From Candidatus Altimarinota bacterium (GTDB lineage Bacteria; Patescibacteriota; Gracilibacteria; CAIRYL01; GCA-016699755), in assembly GCA_963664295.1 (NCBI GenBank), contig OY760935.1, positions 1 to 64,000 of the forward strand: 64,000 bases of DNA. The letters are read 5' to 3'. Below are positions 36,549 to 46,808 of this stretch, in pieces. Position numbers and translations under genes: made by a program. Under the pieces are notes generated by a model, which saw nothing but the letters and a program-made list of their open reading frames with translations, ran no database searches and was not told where the DNA came from. Position 1 is the first letter of the stretch, and each line of letters starts with the position of its first letter.

Positions 36549-39500
36549 TTACTCGCAAGCATTATTAAAAATCACCGTCTCTCCGTTTTGAGTGTCAATT
36601 ACTGCGCGGAAAACTGCAATAACATCAAGTAAATCAACCATGCCATTGTCGTTGAAGTCACTTGCTTCTAGTTGGGTTGCATCTGCCTCTGCTGAGCCAG
36701 AATAAAATTTCATTGCTAAGATTGCGTCAGTAAGGCTGTATACTCCATCGTAATTAACATCTCCGCTAGCAGGAATGCCAACATTAAATGGATAAATTTC
36801 TGAATTTAAACCAGCTGTTGAAGATACTCTTACAACAATTGTGTGTTTTCCGTTTGTCAAGTCTGCTAATTGAGGAATATAGATTGGTATTTCTAATGTA
36901 AGAAGTTCGTTGGTAAATGAGTAAGAGGCAGAAGCTGAGTCATTGATAATATTAAATACTTGTGCTGATGAAGGTATTTCATTAACAGAGCAATATCGAC
37001 CTTTTACTAAAGAAATTTCTACTGTTTTTAGGTCATCAATGCCATAAAGATTTAGAATATCTATATATAATGTGTCAGTTGTTCCTTTTGCAGCAGAGGC
37101 ATTGCCAGTGGTTGTAATTGAGATTATATCTAATAAGGCTCTTTCTGAATTTATTGTAATTGTGTTGGAAATTTCATCTTCCATAGTGGCATAGATTTTT
37201 GCTGTGCCTTCTTGGACAATTGTTAAGTAATAATTTGTTAGTGTGCCTATTGCTTCTGTGCCTAACCATTCAACCTGTCCAGAAATATCCCTATTTGTTC
37301 CATCTGCATAGGTTCCTATTGCTGTTAGTATGCAAATATCATTAACGCTTGCAGTATTATCGGTGCAGTTAGAGCTGATCTCAATATCTGTTAAATCTTT
37401 TTTATCTATTGCTGTCAGCGTAATAGAGTTATTGCAAAGAATTTCTTTTTCATCACTATTTACTATTGAACCTTTAATATTAGCAGAACCGTCGTTTGTG
37501 ATTGTTAAATCTCTGTCGCTAAGTGAGGCAATGGAAGAATATCCGTACCAATTAACAAGGTCTCCTACTTCTGCTGTATTGCCGTCCTCAAAGGTTCCCA
37601 CAGCTGATAATGTACAAACATCTTCAACCATGACGCTGTCTTCACAATTTAAGCTTGAAACCTCAAAAGACACTAATTTATCTGCATCAAGAACATTGAT
37701 TGTAATATTATTATTTGAAGCTATTCCATCTTGAACCGCAGAGATTGTTGTTATGCCTGCAGTGGAAATAGTAAGTACATCTTCGCTCACAGACCCTATT
37801 GATTCTGTTCCTCTCCATTCTACTTCTTTAGATATATCTCTTATTGTTTCGTCTTCGTATGTTCCTGTTGCTATTAAAGTGCAGATATCTCCGGTCACTA
37901 AGTTTTCCCCGTAATTACAATTTAAAAGATTGATACTTAATGATTTTAATGGTGAATCATTAACTGTAATAGTTGTGCTTATTGTTTTTGATTCATCGTT
38001 TTTATCAGTTATTTCAAGTGTTGCTTCGCCTGTTGTGTCGCCTGCACTTGTGAATGAAAAAACATTATTTGTAATACTGCCTTTTAATCCTGTTTCGTTA
38101 GGGTTAAAGGTAAATATATATTCTCCTGATCCACCAGTGACTATAATTGGGTCAGGTAGTTCATCCACATCTACTATTTGTGAATTGATGTTTAAAGAAA
38201 GGCTTGTTGATTCGATAATAATTACTATTTCTTTTGTTAGATTGTCATCATAATAATCAGTTATGTTTAAACTTACTGTTCCTGCTGAGCTTGGATCTGT
38301 ATTAAAAACAAATGTGTCACCATTTTGATAACCTCTAAGACCTGTTCCGTCTGAGTCATCAAGTTCCATAATATATTCGCCTGATCCACCGTTGACCTGA
38401 ATATCACCAATATCTTCATTAAGATTTATTTTTTGAGAACCAATATTTGTTGTTAATGGCCTGGCAAGCACATTTATTGTTGAGCTTGCTGTAATATTTG
38501 TCATGTCTTCTTCTGTAAGATTTACCACTGCTGTACCTTTTCTGAGTGCTGACTGAGTAAATACAAAATTATTATTTTCTCTTTGACCTAAAAGTTTGGT
38601 ATCACCTTCGTCAAATACAAAATTATATTTATCAGAACTTGAATAAGCTATTAAAGGCTTTGGAGTTTCTCCTACAAAAATTGATTGTTCGCTAATATTA
38701 ATTACAGGACTTGTTTGATAAACTGTGATTTTTGAAGTGGCAATGTTTTCTTGGTCATAGGTATCATAAATATTAAGAGTAATTGTTCCAGTTGTTAGAG
38801 CAGGTGAATTAAAAGTAAAAGTATTACCTTCGCTTGATCCGCTAATTCCCATTGCTTCATCAGCACTAAGTTCAAAAGTATATTCGCCTGATCCACCACT
38901 TGCTTTAATTGTTAATGGTGTTTGGTTGATTGCTATTGATTGACTGGCAATATTAGGTACTATTTTTAAACTATTTACTGTCACAATTGTTGTTTCTGAG
39001 ACATTATTCACGGTATCTGTTATTTGAATTGTAAATATACCTTTCTGTTCTGCTGATTTTGAGAAGATAAAAGTATCACCATTGATTGTGCCTTCTAATC
39101 CTGTGCCATTATCTGTTGTGGCGAAAGTGTATGTGCCTGATCCGCCAGAAATACTTATTGGATTTGGCGTTGAGCCTACTGTGATGCTTTGGTCACCATT
39201 TTCTATGTTTAATACTACTGATTTTATATTTATTGTTGCAGTAATACTTGTATTTGTTTGATTATCCGTAATTGTCAAAGTAGCTGTGCCAGTATTAGTA
39301 GCTGTACTAAAGTTATAAATATTATTATTTTCACTATCCACAGAGCCAGTAAGTCCTGTTGTTCCAGCATCAAGAGAAAAAGAATAATTACCAGAACCTC
39401 CGTTGACTTCAATGTTTGTAGGAGTTTTGCCAATTGCTACTGTTTGTGAGCTAAAATTCATGGAGAGCTCATTTGCAGAAACATTAATTACTGTAGTTAC

Positions 39501-42500
39501 GCTTGTATTTGTTTGATTATCCGTAATTGTCAAAGTAGCTGTACCAGTATTAGTAGCTGTACTAAAGTTATAAATATTATTATTTTCACTATCCACAGAG
39601 CCAGTAAGTCCTGTTGTTCCAGCATCAAGAGAAAAAGAATAATTACCAGAACCTCCGTTGACTTCAATGTTTGTAGGAGTTTTGCCAATTGCTACTGTTT
39701 GTGAGCTAAAATTCATGGAGAGCTCATTTGCAGAAACATTAATTACTGTAGTTACGCTTGTATTTGTTTGATTATCCGTAATTGTCAAAGTAGCTGTACC
39801 AGTATTAGTAGCTGTACTAAAGTTATAAATATTATTATTTTCACTATCCACAGAGCCAGTAAGTCCTGTTGTTCCAGCATCAAGAGAAAAAGAATAATTA
39901 TTTGAACCATTATTAACTGTAATACTTGCAGGAGTACCGTTTAAGTTGATAGTTTGACTACTTATATCTACAGATGGTCCACTTGCAGAAATATTAATTA
40001 ATACATCAATATTTTCATTTGTTTGATTATCCGTAATTGTCAAAGTGGCTGTACCGGTACTAGTAGCTGTACTAAAGTTATAAATATTATTATTTTCACT
40101 ATCAACTGAACCAGTAAGTCCTGTTGTTCCAGCATCAAGAGAAAAAGAATAATCCCCAGAGCCCCCGTTAATAATAATATTTAAAGGAGTGCTGTTAATA
40201 CTTATGGTTTGTGAGCTTAGATTTGCTGAAAGATTGGTAATCATGATATTTATTTTTGTGGTTATGCTTTCATTAGTATCATTATCCGTAATTGTCAAAG
40301 TGGCTGTACCGGTACTAGTAGCTGTACTAAAGTTATAAATATTATTATTTTCACTATCAACTGAACCAGTAAGTCCTGTTGTTCCAGCATTAAGAGAGAA
40401 GCTGTATTCTCCAGAACCACCACTAGCAGTAATACTAAAAGGAGTTTTGTTGATGCCAATTGTTTGTTCGGTTAAGTTTGCCGAAAGATTGGTGACGCCA
40501 ACATTCACTATTGCTTTAACGCTTTCATTAGTATCATTATCCGTAATTGTCAAAGTAGCTGTACCAGTATTAGTAGCTGTACTAAAGTTATAAATATTAT
40601 TATTTTCACTATCAACTGAACCGGTTAATCCTGTTGTTCCAGCATTAAGAGAGAAGCTGTATTCTCCAGAACCACCACTAGCAGTAATGCTAAAAGGAGT
40701 TTTGTTGATGCCAATTGTTTGTTCGGTTAAGTTTGCCGAAAGAATGACAACAATAACATTTATTGTCACATCAACGCTTTCATTAGTTTTATTGTCCGTA
40801 ATTGTCAAAGTGGCTGTACCGGTACTAGTAGCTGTACTAAAGTTATAAATATTATTATTTTCACTATCAACTGAACCGGTTAATCCTGTTGTTCCAGCAT
40901 TAAGAGAGAAGCTGTATTCTCCAGAACCACCACTAGTTTCAATGCTTGTTGGTGTGTCATAGAGCCCAATTGTTTGTGAGCTTAGATTAGCGGATAGTGT
41001 TTCTTCCTGAACTTCTATGCTAACATTTATAACTTCTTCACTATTATTATCTGTGATTGTCAAAGTAGCTACACCTTTACTAATTGCTGTGTTGTTTTCA
41101 TTAAAGCTATATGTATTGATATTGTTTTCGTTTTCATCATTTTTTGTTGCTGTTCCACTTAGTCCTGTGCCGTTATTGCTAAATTGAAACGAATAACTCC
41201 CTGATCCTCCTGATGCAACAATGTTTTCTGGTTTTTGCCCAATATAGATAGTTTGTTGAAGCAAATTAACAGATAAAGGATTGTAATCTTCTGCTATTAC
41301 AGAAATTTCTGCTGTTGTAGTGTGAGTTTGGCTTATATGATCTTCGCACTTGCTTCCGTTAATTGTTGAGTCGCAAGTACAAGTAATATTCAAGCTAGCT
41401 TTTTTTGCATCAGTTGCTGGACCTGTAATTGAAAATTCAAATTCAGATGTTTTGCCACCTGTTATTCCTGATCCGTTTTCATTGAAATCATATGTACAGG
41501 TATCGTACCAATCTTTGCCAATGCCAATTACTTTTATATTTTCTGCAACACCATTAACACTAATTACTTGTTTTTTGTAATCAACTTCTACATTATTTAG
41601 CTGAAAAAATGGTAAAACAGAACAACTAGAAGGATTTGTTTCTATGTAACAATCATAAGTTGCTTCTATTGCGCAAGCATCAGAACAACCATCTTCATTA
41701 TCAGTATTTCCATCATCACATTCCTCTGGTTCTTCCAGAACGCCATTTCCACAGCTAAAACATTGAGATAAACTATTTTCCGTATTATCACATTGCCAGT
41801 CAGTTTCAATTAAACATTCTGAAGAACAACCATCTTCATTATTAGTATTCCCATCATCACATTCTTCTGATCCTGCTTTACTTCCGTCTCCACAAGTGCC
41901 AGTTTCTACGCAAAAATAAAGTTCATTTGGGTCAATATCATCACCATAAGCTGAACCTAGAACAGCAATCCTTCTAAATCCTTCTGAGCAACCTGTTTGC
42001 GGGTTTTTGTCTGTATGGTTGATTGTTGTTTCTGTGATGAAATTATTAAGATTTGTTTCAGTGCCATCTATTGCGTGCCAACCAAACCAGCTATTTTTTG
42101 ATGTTTTTTCATTGCCAGAATTATGCACACATGAATAAATTGTATCTGTTTTTAAATCTTCTATTGTTGTTCCTTCATCTTCATTGTTCACAAATTGTAA
42201 TTTTATTTGTTGATAATTTGCAGGACAACTGGTTTTTGGGTCAATTTCTTGGCAATTAATTGTTGTGCTCGTCACAGAGTCATTGTCCCCTTGGTTTTCT
42301 CCATGATAACCACACCAAAAGCTATTTATTTCTGAGTCGTTAGGATTAAGAATTTGATCATTAGCTTCTGTAAGTACACAAGTAGAAAAAGTGTAATAAT
42401 CAGTATCGCCAGCGCTCGCAAGTCCGCTATAAGAAACCTTTGCAAACTCTGCTGGACAATTATTTTTTGGATTTTCTCCTCGACAAAGCACAGTAGTATT

Positions 42501-42731
42501 TTCTTCAATCGAACTATTTTCACCTCTTTTTTCAATATTATAACCACACCACATACCAAGATAGTCTTCTGATGTTATGGTGCCAGGATTTGTAATGTCA
42601 CCCTTATAGTTTTCAGGATTTGTTTGAAAAATACCAACACCAAGGGCCAAAAATAAGCTAATAGTTGACATAGTAACTATGCTTTTATAAAAAGCTGGCT
42701 TTTTATTTTTTTCTATGTTTGTTGTATTCAT
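36549..42731 (-). CDS. 2060-aa surface protein with Cys-rich repeats, tandem Ig-like repeats and a C-terminal dockerin
   Basis: N-terminal TM; three WCG/WFG repeats; two Myxococcus-type CGDG..EECDDGN..DGCS repeats; 85-aa SGGSG.YSF repeats; GDVNYDG/SDFNDNG duplicated Ca-binding loops. Confidence 0.9.
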   Translation of the reverse strand: MNTTNIEKNKKPAFYKSIVTMSTISLFLALGVGIFQTNPENYKGDITNPGTITSEDYLGMWCGYNIEKRGENSSIEENTTVLCRGENPKNNCPAEFAKVSYSGLASAGDTDYYTFSTCVLTEANDQILNPNDSEINSFWCGYHGENQGDNDSVTSTTINCQEIDPKTSCPANYQQIKLQFVNNEDEGTTIEDLKTDTIYSCVHNSGNEKTSKNSWFGWHAIDGTETNLNNFITETTINHTDKNPQTGCSEGFRRIAVLGSAYGDDIDPNELYFCVETGTCGDGSKAGSEECDDGNTNNEDGCSSECLIETDWQCDNTENSLSQCFSCGNGVLEEPEECDDGNTDNEDGCSDACAIEATYDCYIETNPSSCSVLPFFQLNNVEVDYKKQVISVNGVAENIKVIGIGKDWYDTCTYDFNENGSGITGGKTSEFEFSITGPATDAKKASLNITCTCDSTINGSKCEDHISQTHTTTAEISVIAEDYNPLSVNLLQQTIYIGQKPENIVASGGSGSYSFQFSNNGTGLSGTATKNDENENNINTYSFNENNTAISKGVATLTITDNNSEEVINVSIEVQEETLSANLSSQTIGLYDTPTSIETSGGSGEYSFSLNAGTTGLTGSVDSENNNIYNFSTATSTGTATLTITDNKTNESVDVTINVIVVILSANLTEQTIGINKTPFSITASGGSGEYSFSLNAGTTGLTGSVDSENNNIYNFSTATNTGTATLTITDNDTNESVKAIVNVGVTNLSANLTEQTIGINKTPFSITASGGSGEYSFSLNAGTTGLTGSVDSENNNIYNFSTATSTGTATLTITDNDTNESITTKINIMITNLSANLSSQTISINSTPLNIIINGGSGDYSFSLDAGTTGLTGSVDSENNNIYNFSTATSTGTATLTITDNQTNENIDVLINISASGPSVDISSQTINLNGTPASITVNNGSNNYSFSLDAGTTGLTGSVDSENNNIYNFSTATNTGTATLTITDNQTNTSVTTVINVSANELSMNFSSQTVAIGKTPTNIEVNGGSGNYSFSLDAGTTGLTGSVDSENNNIYNFSTATNTGTATLTITDNQTNTSVTTVINVSANELSMNFSSQTVAIGKTPTNIEVNGGSGNYSFSLDAGTTGLTGSVDSENNNIYNFSTATNTGTATLTITDNQTNTSITATINIKSVVLNIENGDQSITVGSTPNPISISGGSGTYTFATTDNGTGLEGTINGDTFIFSKSAEQKGIFTIQITDTVNNVSETTIVTVNSLKIVPNIASQSIAINQTPLTIKASGGSGEYTFELSADEAMGISGSSEGNTFTFNSPALTTGTITLNIYDTYDQENIATSKITVYQTSPVINISEQSIFVGETPKPLIAYSSSDKYNFVFDEGDTKLLGQRENNNFVFTQSALRKGTAVVNLTEEDMTNITASSTINVLARPLTTNIGSQKINLNEDIGDIQVNGGSGEYIMELDDSDGTGLRGYQNGDTFVFNTDPSSAGTVSLNITDYYDDNLTKEIVIIIESTSLSLNINSQIVDVDELPDPIIVTGGSGEYIFTFNPNETGLKGSITNNVFSFTSAGDTTGEATLEITDKNDESKTISTTITVNDSPLKSLSINLLNCNYGENLVTGDICTLIATGTYEDETIRDISKEVEWRGTESIGSVSEDVLTISTAGITTISAVQDGIASNNNITINVLDADKLVSFEVSSLNCEDSVMVEDVCTLSAVGTFEDGNTAEVGDLVNWYGYSSIASLSDRDLTITNDGSANIKGSIVNSDEKEILCNNSITLTAIDKKDLTDIEISSNCTDNTASVNDICILTAIGTYADGTNRDISGQVEWLGTEAIGTLTNYYLTIVQEGTAKIYATMEDEISNTITINSERALLDIISITTTGNASAAKGTTDTLYIDILNLYGIDDLKTVEISLVKGRYCSVNEIPSSAQVFNIINDSASASYSFTNELLTLEIPIYIPQLADLTNGKHTIVVRVSSTAGLNSEIYPFNVGIPASGDVNYDGVYSLTDAILAMKFYSGSAEADATQLEASDFNDNGMVDLLDVIAVFRAVIDTQNGETVIFNNACE
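39246..40935 (-). repeat. Intragenic tandem repeats, period ~255 bp (85 aa), about 7 units with a near-identical core
   Basis: Recurring AGTTGLTGSVDSENNNIYNFSTAT(S/N)TGTATLTITDN; units starting near 39250, 39505 and 39760 are almost identical in DNA. Confidence 0.93.
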
Positions 42732-42835
42732 TTATTTTTTGCGAGATTTTATCATATTATTATCTCATAAAATAAACTTTTTTTCAACAAAAAGAACCTT
42801 GACCAAAACCCTAATAAAAGGTGTTTAAAAACTGC

Positions 42836-43939
42836 TTATTCTTCTAATTCGTCCTTCTCCTCTTTTGTGAGAATATCTGCTCCCAACATGGTTTTAATTA
42901 AACTCTTTGAGTGATAGTTTTGACGCACTGTATCCCTGCTTACTAGTTCGTTTTCGTATAATTTAGTTAGATATTTGTCAAATAAGATATTTCCTATTTT
43001 GGTTGTAATTTCCATTTGTCCATAAATTTCTTGAATATCGCCATTTCTAATAAGATTTTTAATGGCATCATCAGGAAGCATAATTTCACGACAAGGGATT
43101 AGTTGATACTCATCTTTGTATTGCACTAAAGTTTGAGACAATACGCCTTTTAGTTCATTTGCTAATTGCATTAAAAGTTGTCGTTTTTTTAACGGAGGAA
43201 ACATGTTAATAATTCTTTCTATGCTTTGTACTGCATCAACTGTGTGTAGTGTTGCTATTACAAAATATCCAGATTCACACATAGTAAGTACTGTTTCCAT
43301 GGTTTCAAATCCTCGAATTTCACCAACACAAACCACATCTGCATCTTGTCTAAACACAGACTTTAGCTGTCTTGCAGAATCATTGAAGTTTTTTGGAATT
43401 ACACACTGTGAAATAATGCTTTGTTTGCGTTCATGTATGTATTCAATAGGATCTTCAAACATGATTATATTTAGTTTTCTGGTTTCATTTAAATAATCTA
43501 CTAAGCTATTCATTAAGGTTGTTTTTCCTGAGTTATTTGGACCTGTAATTAACAAAAGACCACTTCGATTATTGATAATATTTACAATTTCATTGCTCAC
43601 TGAAAGATCTTTTATGCTTGGTAGTTCTGGTGGTATATAGCGGATATTCATGCCTACACCTCTGCGTTCTTTAAAAACATTTATCCTGAAGCGTCCTGGA
43701 ATTCCTTCGATTGTTTTACCAAAATCACCATTATTATTTTTTTCAATTTCTTTTAATTCTTCTTTTTCCAATGCTTCTTCTAGAAATTGATTTAATTCTT
43801 CGGCTGTTAACTCATTTTTGTCCAAAGAAATAATTTCACCTGTTTTATCGCGCATGCAAGGTGTTTCGCTAGTAATTAAATGAATATCCGATATTTTATT
43901 TTTACTTTGAAAAGCAAGTATTTCTTTTATTGAAACCAT
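42836..43939 (-). CDS. pilT: PilT/PilU-family type IV pilus ATPase
   Basis: SDIHL, RFRINVF, GPNNSGKTT, EDPIE, VGEIR, ATLH and AIKNLIR motifs. Confidence 0.85.
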   Translation of the reverse strand: MVSIKEILAFQSKNKISDIHLITSETPCMRDKTGEIISLDKNELTAEELNQFLEEALEKEELKEIEKNNNGDFGKTIEGIPGRFRINVFKERRGVGMNIRYIPPELPSIKDLSVSNEIVNIINNRSGLLLITGPNNSGKTTLMNSLVDYLNETRKLNIIMFEDPIEYIHERKQSIISQCVIPKNFNDSARQLKSVFRQDADVVCVGEIRGFETMETVLTMCESGYFVIATLHTVDAVQSIERIINMFPPLKKRQLLMQLANELKGVLSQTLVQYKDEYQLIPCREIMLPDDAIKNLIRNGDIQEIYGQMEITTKIGNILFDKYLTKLYENELVSRDTVRQNYHSKSLIKTMLGADILTKEEKDELEE

Positions 43940-43940
43940 A

Positions 43941-45053
43941 TTATTTTTTTGTAAAAGGATTATCCATTAATATTTTTTTTCGAGGATCTGTTTCTTCTGT
44001 TTCCGTCTCTGTTTCTTCTTTTAAAGTTTCTTCTATTCCTTCTCCTTCTTGTTCTTGTTCAATTTCAGTTTTTGCTTGATTAAGCTCTTCCTCTGCTGTT
44101 GTTTTTTCTTCCTCTGCTTCTTCTAGTTCTTTTTGTTTTTCTGAAAGCAGAACCTCTGCTTCTTCTTTGGCTTGTTGTAGAGCTTTTAAGGCTTCTTCTT
44201 TTTCTCTTAGAGCCTCCTCTGCTTCTTTTTCTTCTTGTTCTGCTTTTTCTTCTGCTTGTTTTAATTGCTCAATTGCTGTTTGTTCTAGCTCTTTTGCTTC
44301 CTCTGCTTCTTTTGCTTCTTTGCTTGCCTCTCTTTTTGCTTCTTTTGCTTCCTCTTGTTCTTTTTTTGCTTTTTCTTTTGCTTCCTCTGCTTCTTTTTCT
44401 TCTTGTTCTGCTTTTTCTTTTGCTTGTTCTAGTTCTTGAATTGCTTTTTCTTTTTCTACTTGAGCCATTTTTGCTTCTTCAGACTCTTTTTCTGCCTCTG
44501 TTTCACTTGTTTTTAGCTGTGCTTCTGCTTCTTCCAGTTTTCTTTTTGCTTCTTCGATTGCAAGCTTTGCATCTTGTTCTTTTTCTTCCGCTTTTTCAAT
44601 TTTTTCCTCTAATTCCTCAGTATTTATTTTTTCCTCTTGAGCTTCCTTTATTTCTTTCGGTTCTTCAGGCTTTGTGTCTTCAATTGTTTCTCCTTCTTCA
44701 GCAGGTGCTAATTTGAGCTCTATTTTTGGCTCTTCTTCTGTGTTTTTATTTTCTTCCTCCACTTCTTCTGTCTCTGTGGCTACCTCTGCTTGTTCGTTTG
44801 GTTCTATTTTTTCTTCTTTTGCTGTTTCAAATACACTTTTTTTAGGCTCTTTTTTTTGTTCAATTTTTTCTTCAATGCTATCTTTTGCTCCCAAAAAGCC
44901 TTTTTTTAATCTACTAAAGATGCCCTCTTTTTCAGGTTCAGGCTCTTTTTCGATTTGTTTAGAATTTAAGTAATTCTTAATTTCTAAAAGTTCTTCTTGG
45001 CTTAATCCCTCAAGAACTTGTTTAATTTGATCAATTTTATCCTGATTTTTCAT
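43941..45053 (-). CDS. Glu/Lys/Ala-rich coiled-coil protein
   Basis: Long EKAEQEEKEAEEA-type repeats; stop lies 1 bp before the pilT start. Confidence 0.8.
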   Translation of the reverse strand: MKNQDKIDQIKQVLEGLSQEELLEIKNYLNSKQIEKEPEPEKEGIFSRLKKGFLGAKDSIEEKIEQKKEPKKSVFETAKEEKIEPNEQAEVATETEEVEEENKNTEEEPKIELKLAPAEEGETIEDTKPEEPKEIKEAQEEKINTEELEEKIEKAEEKEQDAKLAIEEAKRKLEEAEAQLKTSETEAEKESEEAKMAQVEKEKAIQELEQAKEKAEQEEKEAEEAKEKAKKEQEEAKEAKREASKEAKEAEEAKELEQTAIEQLKQAEEKAEQEEKEAEEALREKEEALKALQQAKEEAEVLLSEKQKELEEAEEEKTTAEEELNQAKTEIEQEQEGEGIEETLKEETETETEETDPRKKILMDNPFTKK

Positions 45054-45122
45054 TTTGTTTTTGTTAATTTATCTATTTATTTTACCATATTTTTTTCTTT
45101 TTAGTAAAGCCTTTTTTTGTTT

Positions 45123-45527
45123 TTAATTTCCTTTGTATTCCATGTGTGCATAAGATTTCACTTTTTTAAATCCAAGTTTTTCATAAAAACCTACAAGCCA
45201 ATCTTGTTTAGGGCTTGTGGATAAATTAATATGATCTATTTTTAATTTTTTGCATATTTTTATGCTTTTTTTAATTATTTTTTGTGCAATGCCTTGATTT
45301 CTCATGTCTTCTTGGACTCTTAAATCCAGCAAAAAAGCAAATCTATTAAAATCAGTTAAAATTCTGCAAGCACCAACAATTGTTTTGTTTTTTAAACAAA
45401 CAACAAAGAGGGGGGTGTTTTTGGTGGCACTTAAATATTCTTTTTGATAATGATTTTGATAAAAATCAGTAATTGAATTTTGAAATTCGGAAATATTTTT
45501 ATGATTTATAATTAAATAGGAAAGCAT
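45123..45527 (-). CDS. GNAT-family N-acetyltransferase
   Basis: VGACRI...LDLRV..DMRNQGIA (motif A) and GFYEKLGF; 13 bp downstream of the rSAM gene. Confidence 0.92.
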   Translation of the reverse strand: MLSYLIINHKNISEFQNSITDFYQNHYQKEYLSATKNTPLFVVCLKNKTIVGACRILTDFNRFAFLLDLRVQEDMRNQGIAQKIIKKSIKICKKLKIDHINLSTSPKQDWLVGFYEKLGFKKVKSYAHMEYKGN

Positions 45528-45540
45528 TTTTTGAAATTAT

Positions 45541-46806
45541 TTAATTTAAAAAGCTTAAATGACAGCCACCTTTGCATATATCTTGCAGTATACAATCTTG
45601 ACATGCCTTTGTAATATTTTTTTGTATATTGCTTATAGCAAAAGGTTGAATTTTTTGTTGCCATATATTTTTAACACCTTCGCTGATATCGCCAAATGTT
45701 CTGGTGTCATGAGGGCAAACCTTTGCTTCTCCTTTGTTATTCACTGCCATCCATCTTACTCCGGCATTGCAGTGTTGATTTAAAAATTTTTGACCAGTGG
45801 GCATATCAGTCTCGTTTATTATAGGTGTTTTTGTTTCTGAAAGACAATGTCTTTGTGAGCAGGGAGCTGTAATATTTATGCCTTCTGGATCTATTTGATC
45901 AAGTGCATCTCTAAATTGAGGATAATAAACACCAAATAATTGATCATTTCTTGATGTTGAAACGTATCTCATTAATCTAAATTCATGTACTCCTAATTCC
46001 TTGATGGTTTTAATTACAAAGGCAATGTCTTTAATATTTTGGTTTACTAAAGTCATCTCCACTATTACATTAATACCTTGTTTTAACGCCTCTTCTATTG
46101 CTTTAATTGTTTTTTTGAAACCATTTTTGTCTCCAACTAAATTATTATGCGAACTAGGTGAGCCATGCATGGAAATTAAAATTTCTTTTACATTATTTTC
46201 ACTTAGATATTTACTTTTTTCTGTTGTCAAAGTTGTGCCATTTGTAAAAACAACCTGATATAAGTTGTGTTTTGCACCAGATTGTATTATTTGATCAAAA
46301 TCAGGATGCAAAGAAGGCTCACCGCCACTGTATCTTATTCTAAATAAACCATTATCACTGCACTCTTTTTGTAGTGCAACTATTTGTTCAAGGGGTAAAT
46401 GTGGATTGCCTTTCATTTCTTTTTTTTGTGTTTTCCAGGTGTTATAGCAAAATTGACAACTCCAATTACATATTCTTGTAAGTTCAAGTTCTAAATTTAC
46501 GGGAAAAATAACTTTTTCATCTTGAATATTTGGATCCTTGTATAACTCTGTTGTGTCTTGATTGATCTGATTCGGCAGATCTTTCATTAATGTTGAAATA
46601 AGGTCTTGAATATCACTTATTACCATTTCTGGACTGGCTTCATATTCTTTTGCTATTTCTTGCGCAAGTGTTTCAATACTTTTTCCTTGTTTTAATTGAT
46701 CAAGTATAAAATCACCCATTTCATCTAATTGGTGTTCAACTCCTGTGTTAATATTAAGGGCCATTTTTAAGTCAGGACGATGAACTAATTTTGAAAGTTG
46801 TTTCAT
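45541..46806 (-). CDS. PqqD/RRE-fused radical SAM/SPASM enzyme
   Basis: N-terminal LDEMGDFILDQL...SIETLAQEIAKEYE...DIQDLI (PqqD-like); CNWSCQFC, SGGEP and TNG motifs; CNAG...G...CP and CQDCx5Cx3C. Confidence 0.93.
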   Translation of the reverse strand: MKQLSKLVHRPDLKMALNINTGVEHQLDEMGDFILDQLKQGKSIETLAQEIAKEYEASPEMVISDIQDLISTLMKDLPNQINQDTTELYKDPNIQDEKVIFPVNLELELTRICNWSCQFCYNTWKTQKKEMKGNPHLPLEQIVALQKECSDNGLFRIRYSGGEPSLHPDFDQIIQSGAKHNLYQVVFTNGTTLTTEKSKYLSENNVKEILISMHGSPSSHNNLVGDKNGFKKTIKAIEEALKQGINVIVEMTLVNQNIKDIAFVIKTIKELGVHEFRLMRYVSTSRNDQLFGVYYPQFRDALDQIDPEGINITAPCSQRHCLSETKTPIINETDMPTGQKFLNQHCNAGVRWMAVNNKGEAKVCPHDTRTFGDISEGVKNIWQQKIQPFAISNIQKNITKACQDCILQDICKGGCHLSFLN

Positions 46807-46808
46807 AG

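Noticed and set aside
39246-40935. CRISPR array or DGR template/variable repeats
   Set aside because: The repeats are in-frame 255-bp protein-coding units without unique spacers; no cas or reverse transcriptase gene is in the window.
44099-44973. Leu/Phe/Ser-rich plus-strand ORFs resembling membrane proteins
   Set aside because: Antisense shadows of GAA/AAA/GCA-rich codons in the coiled-coil gene.
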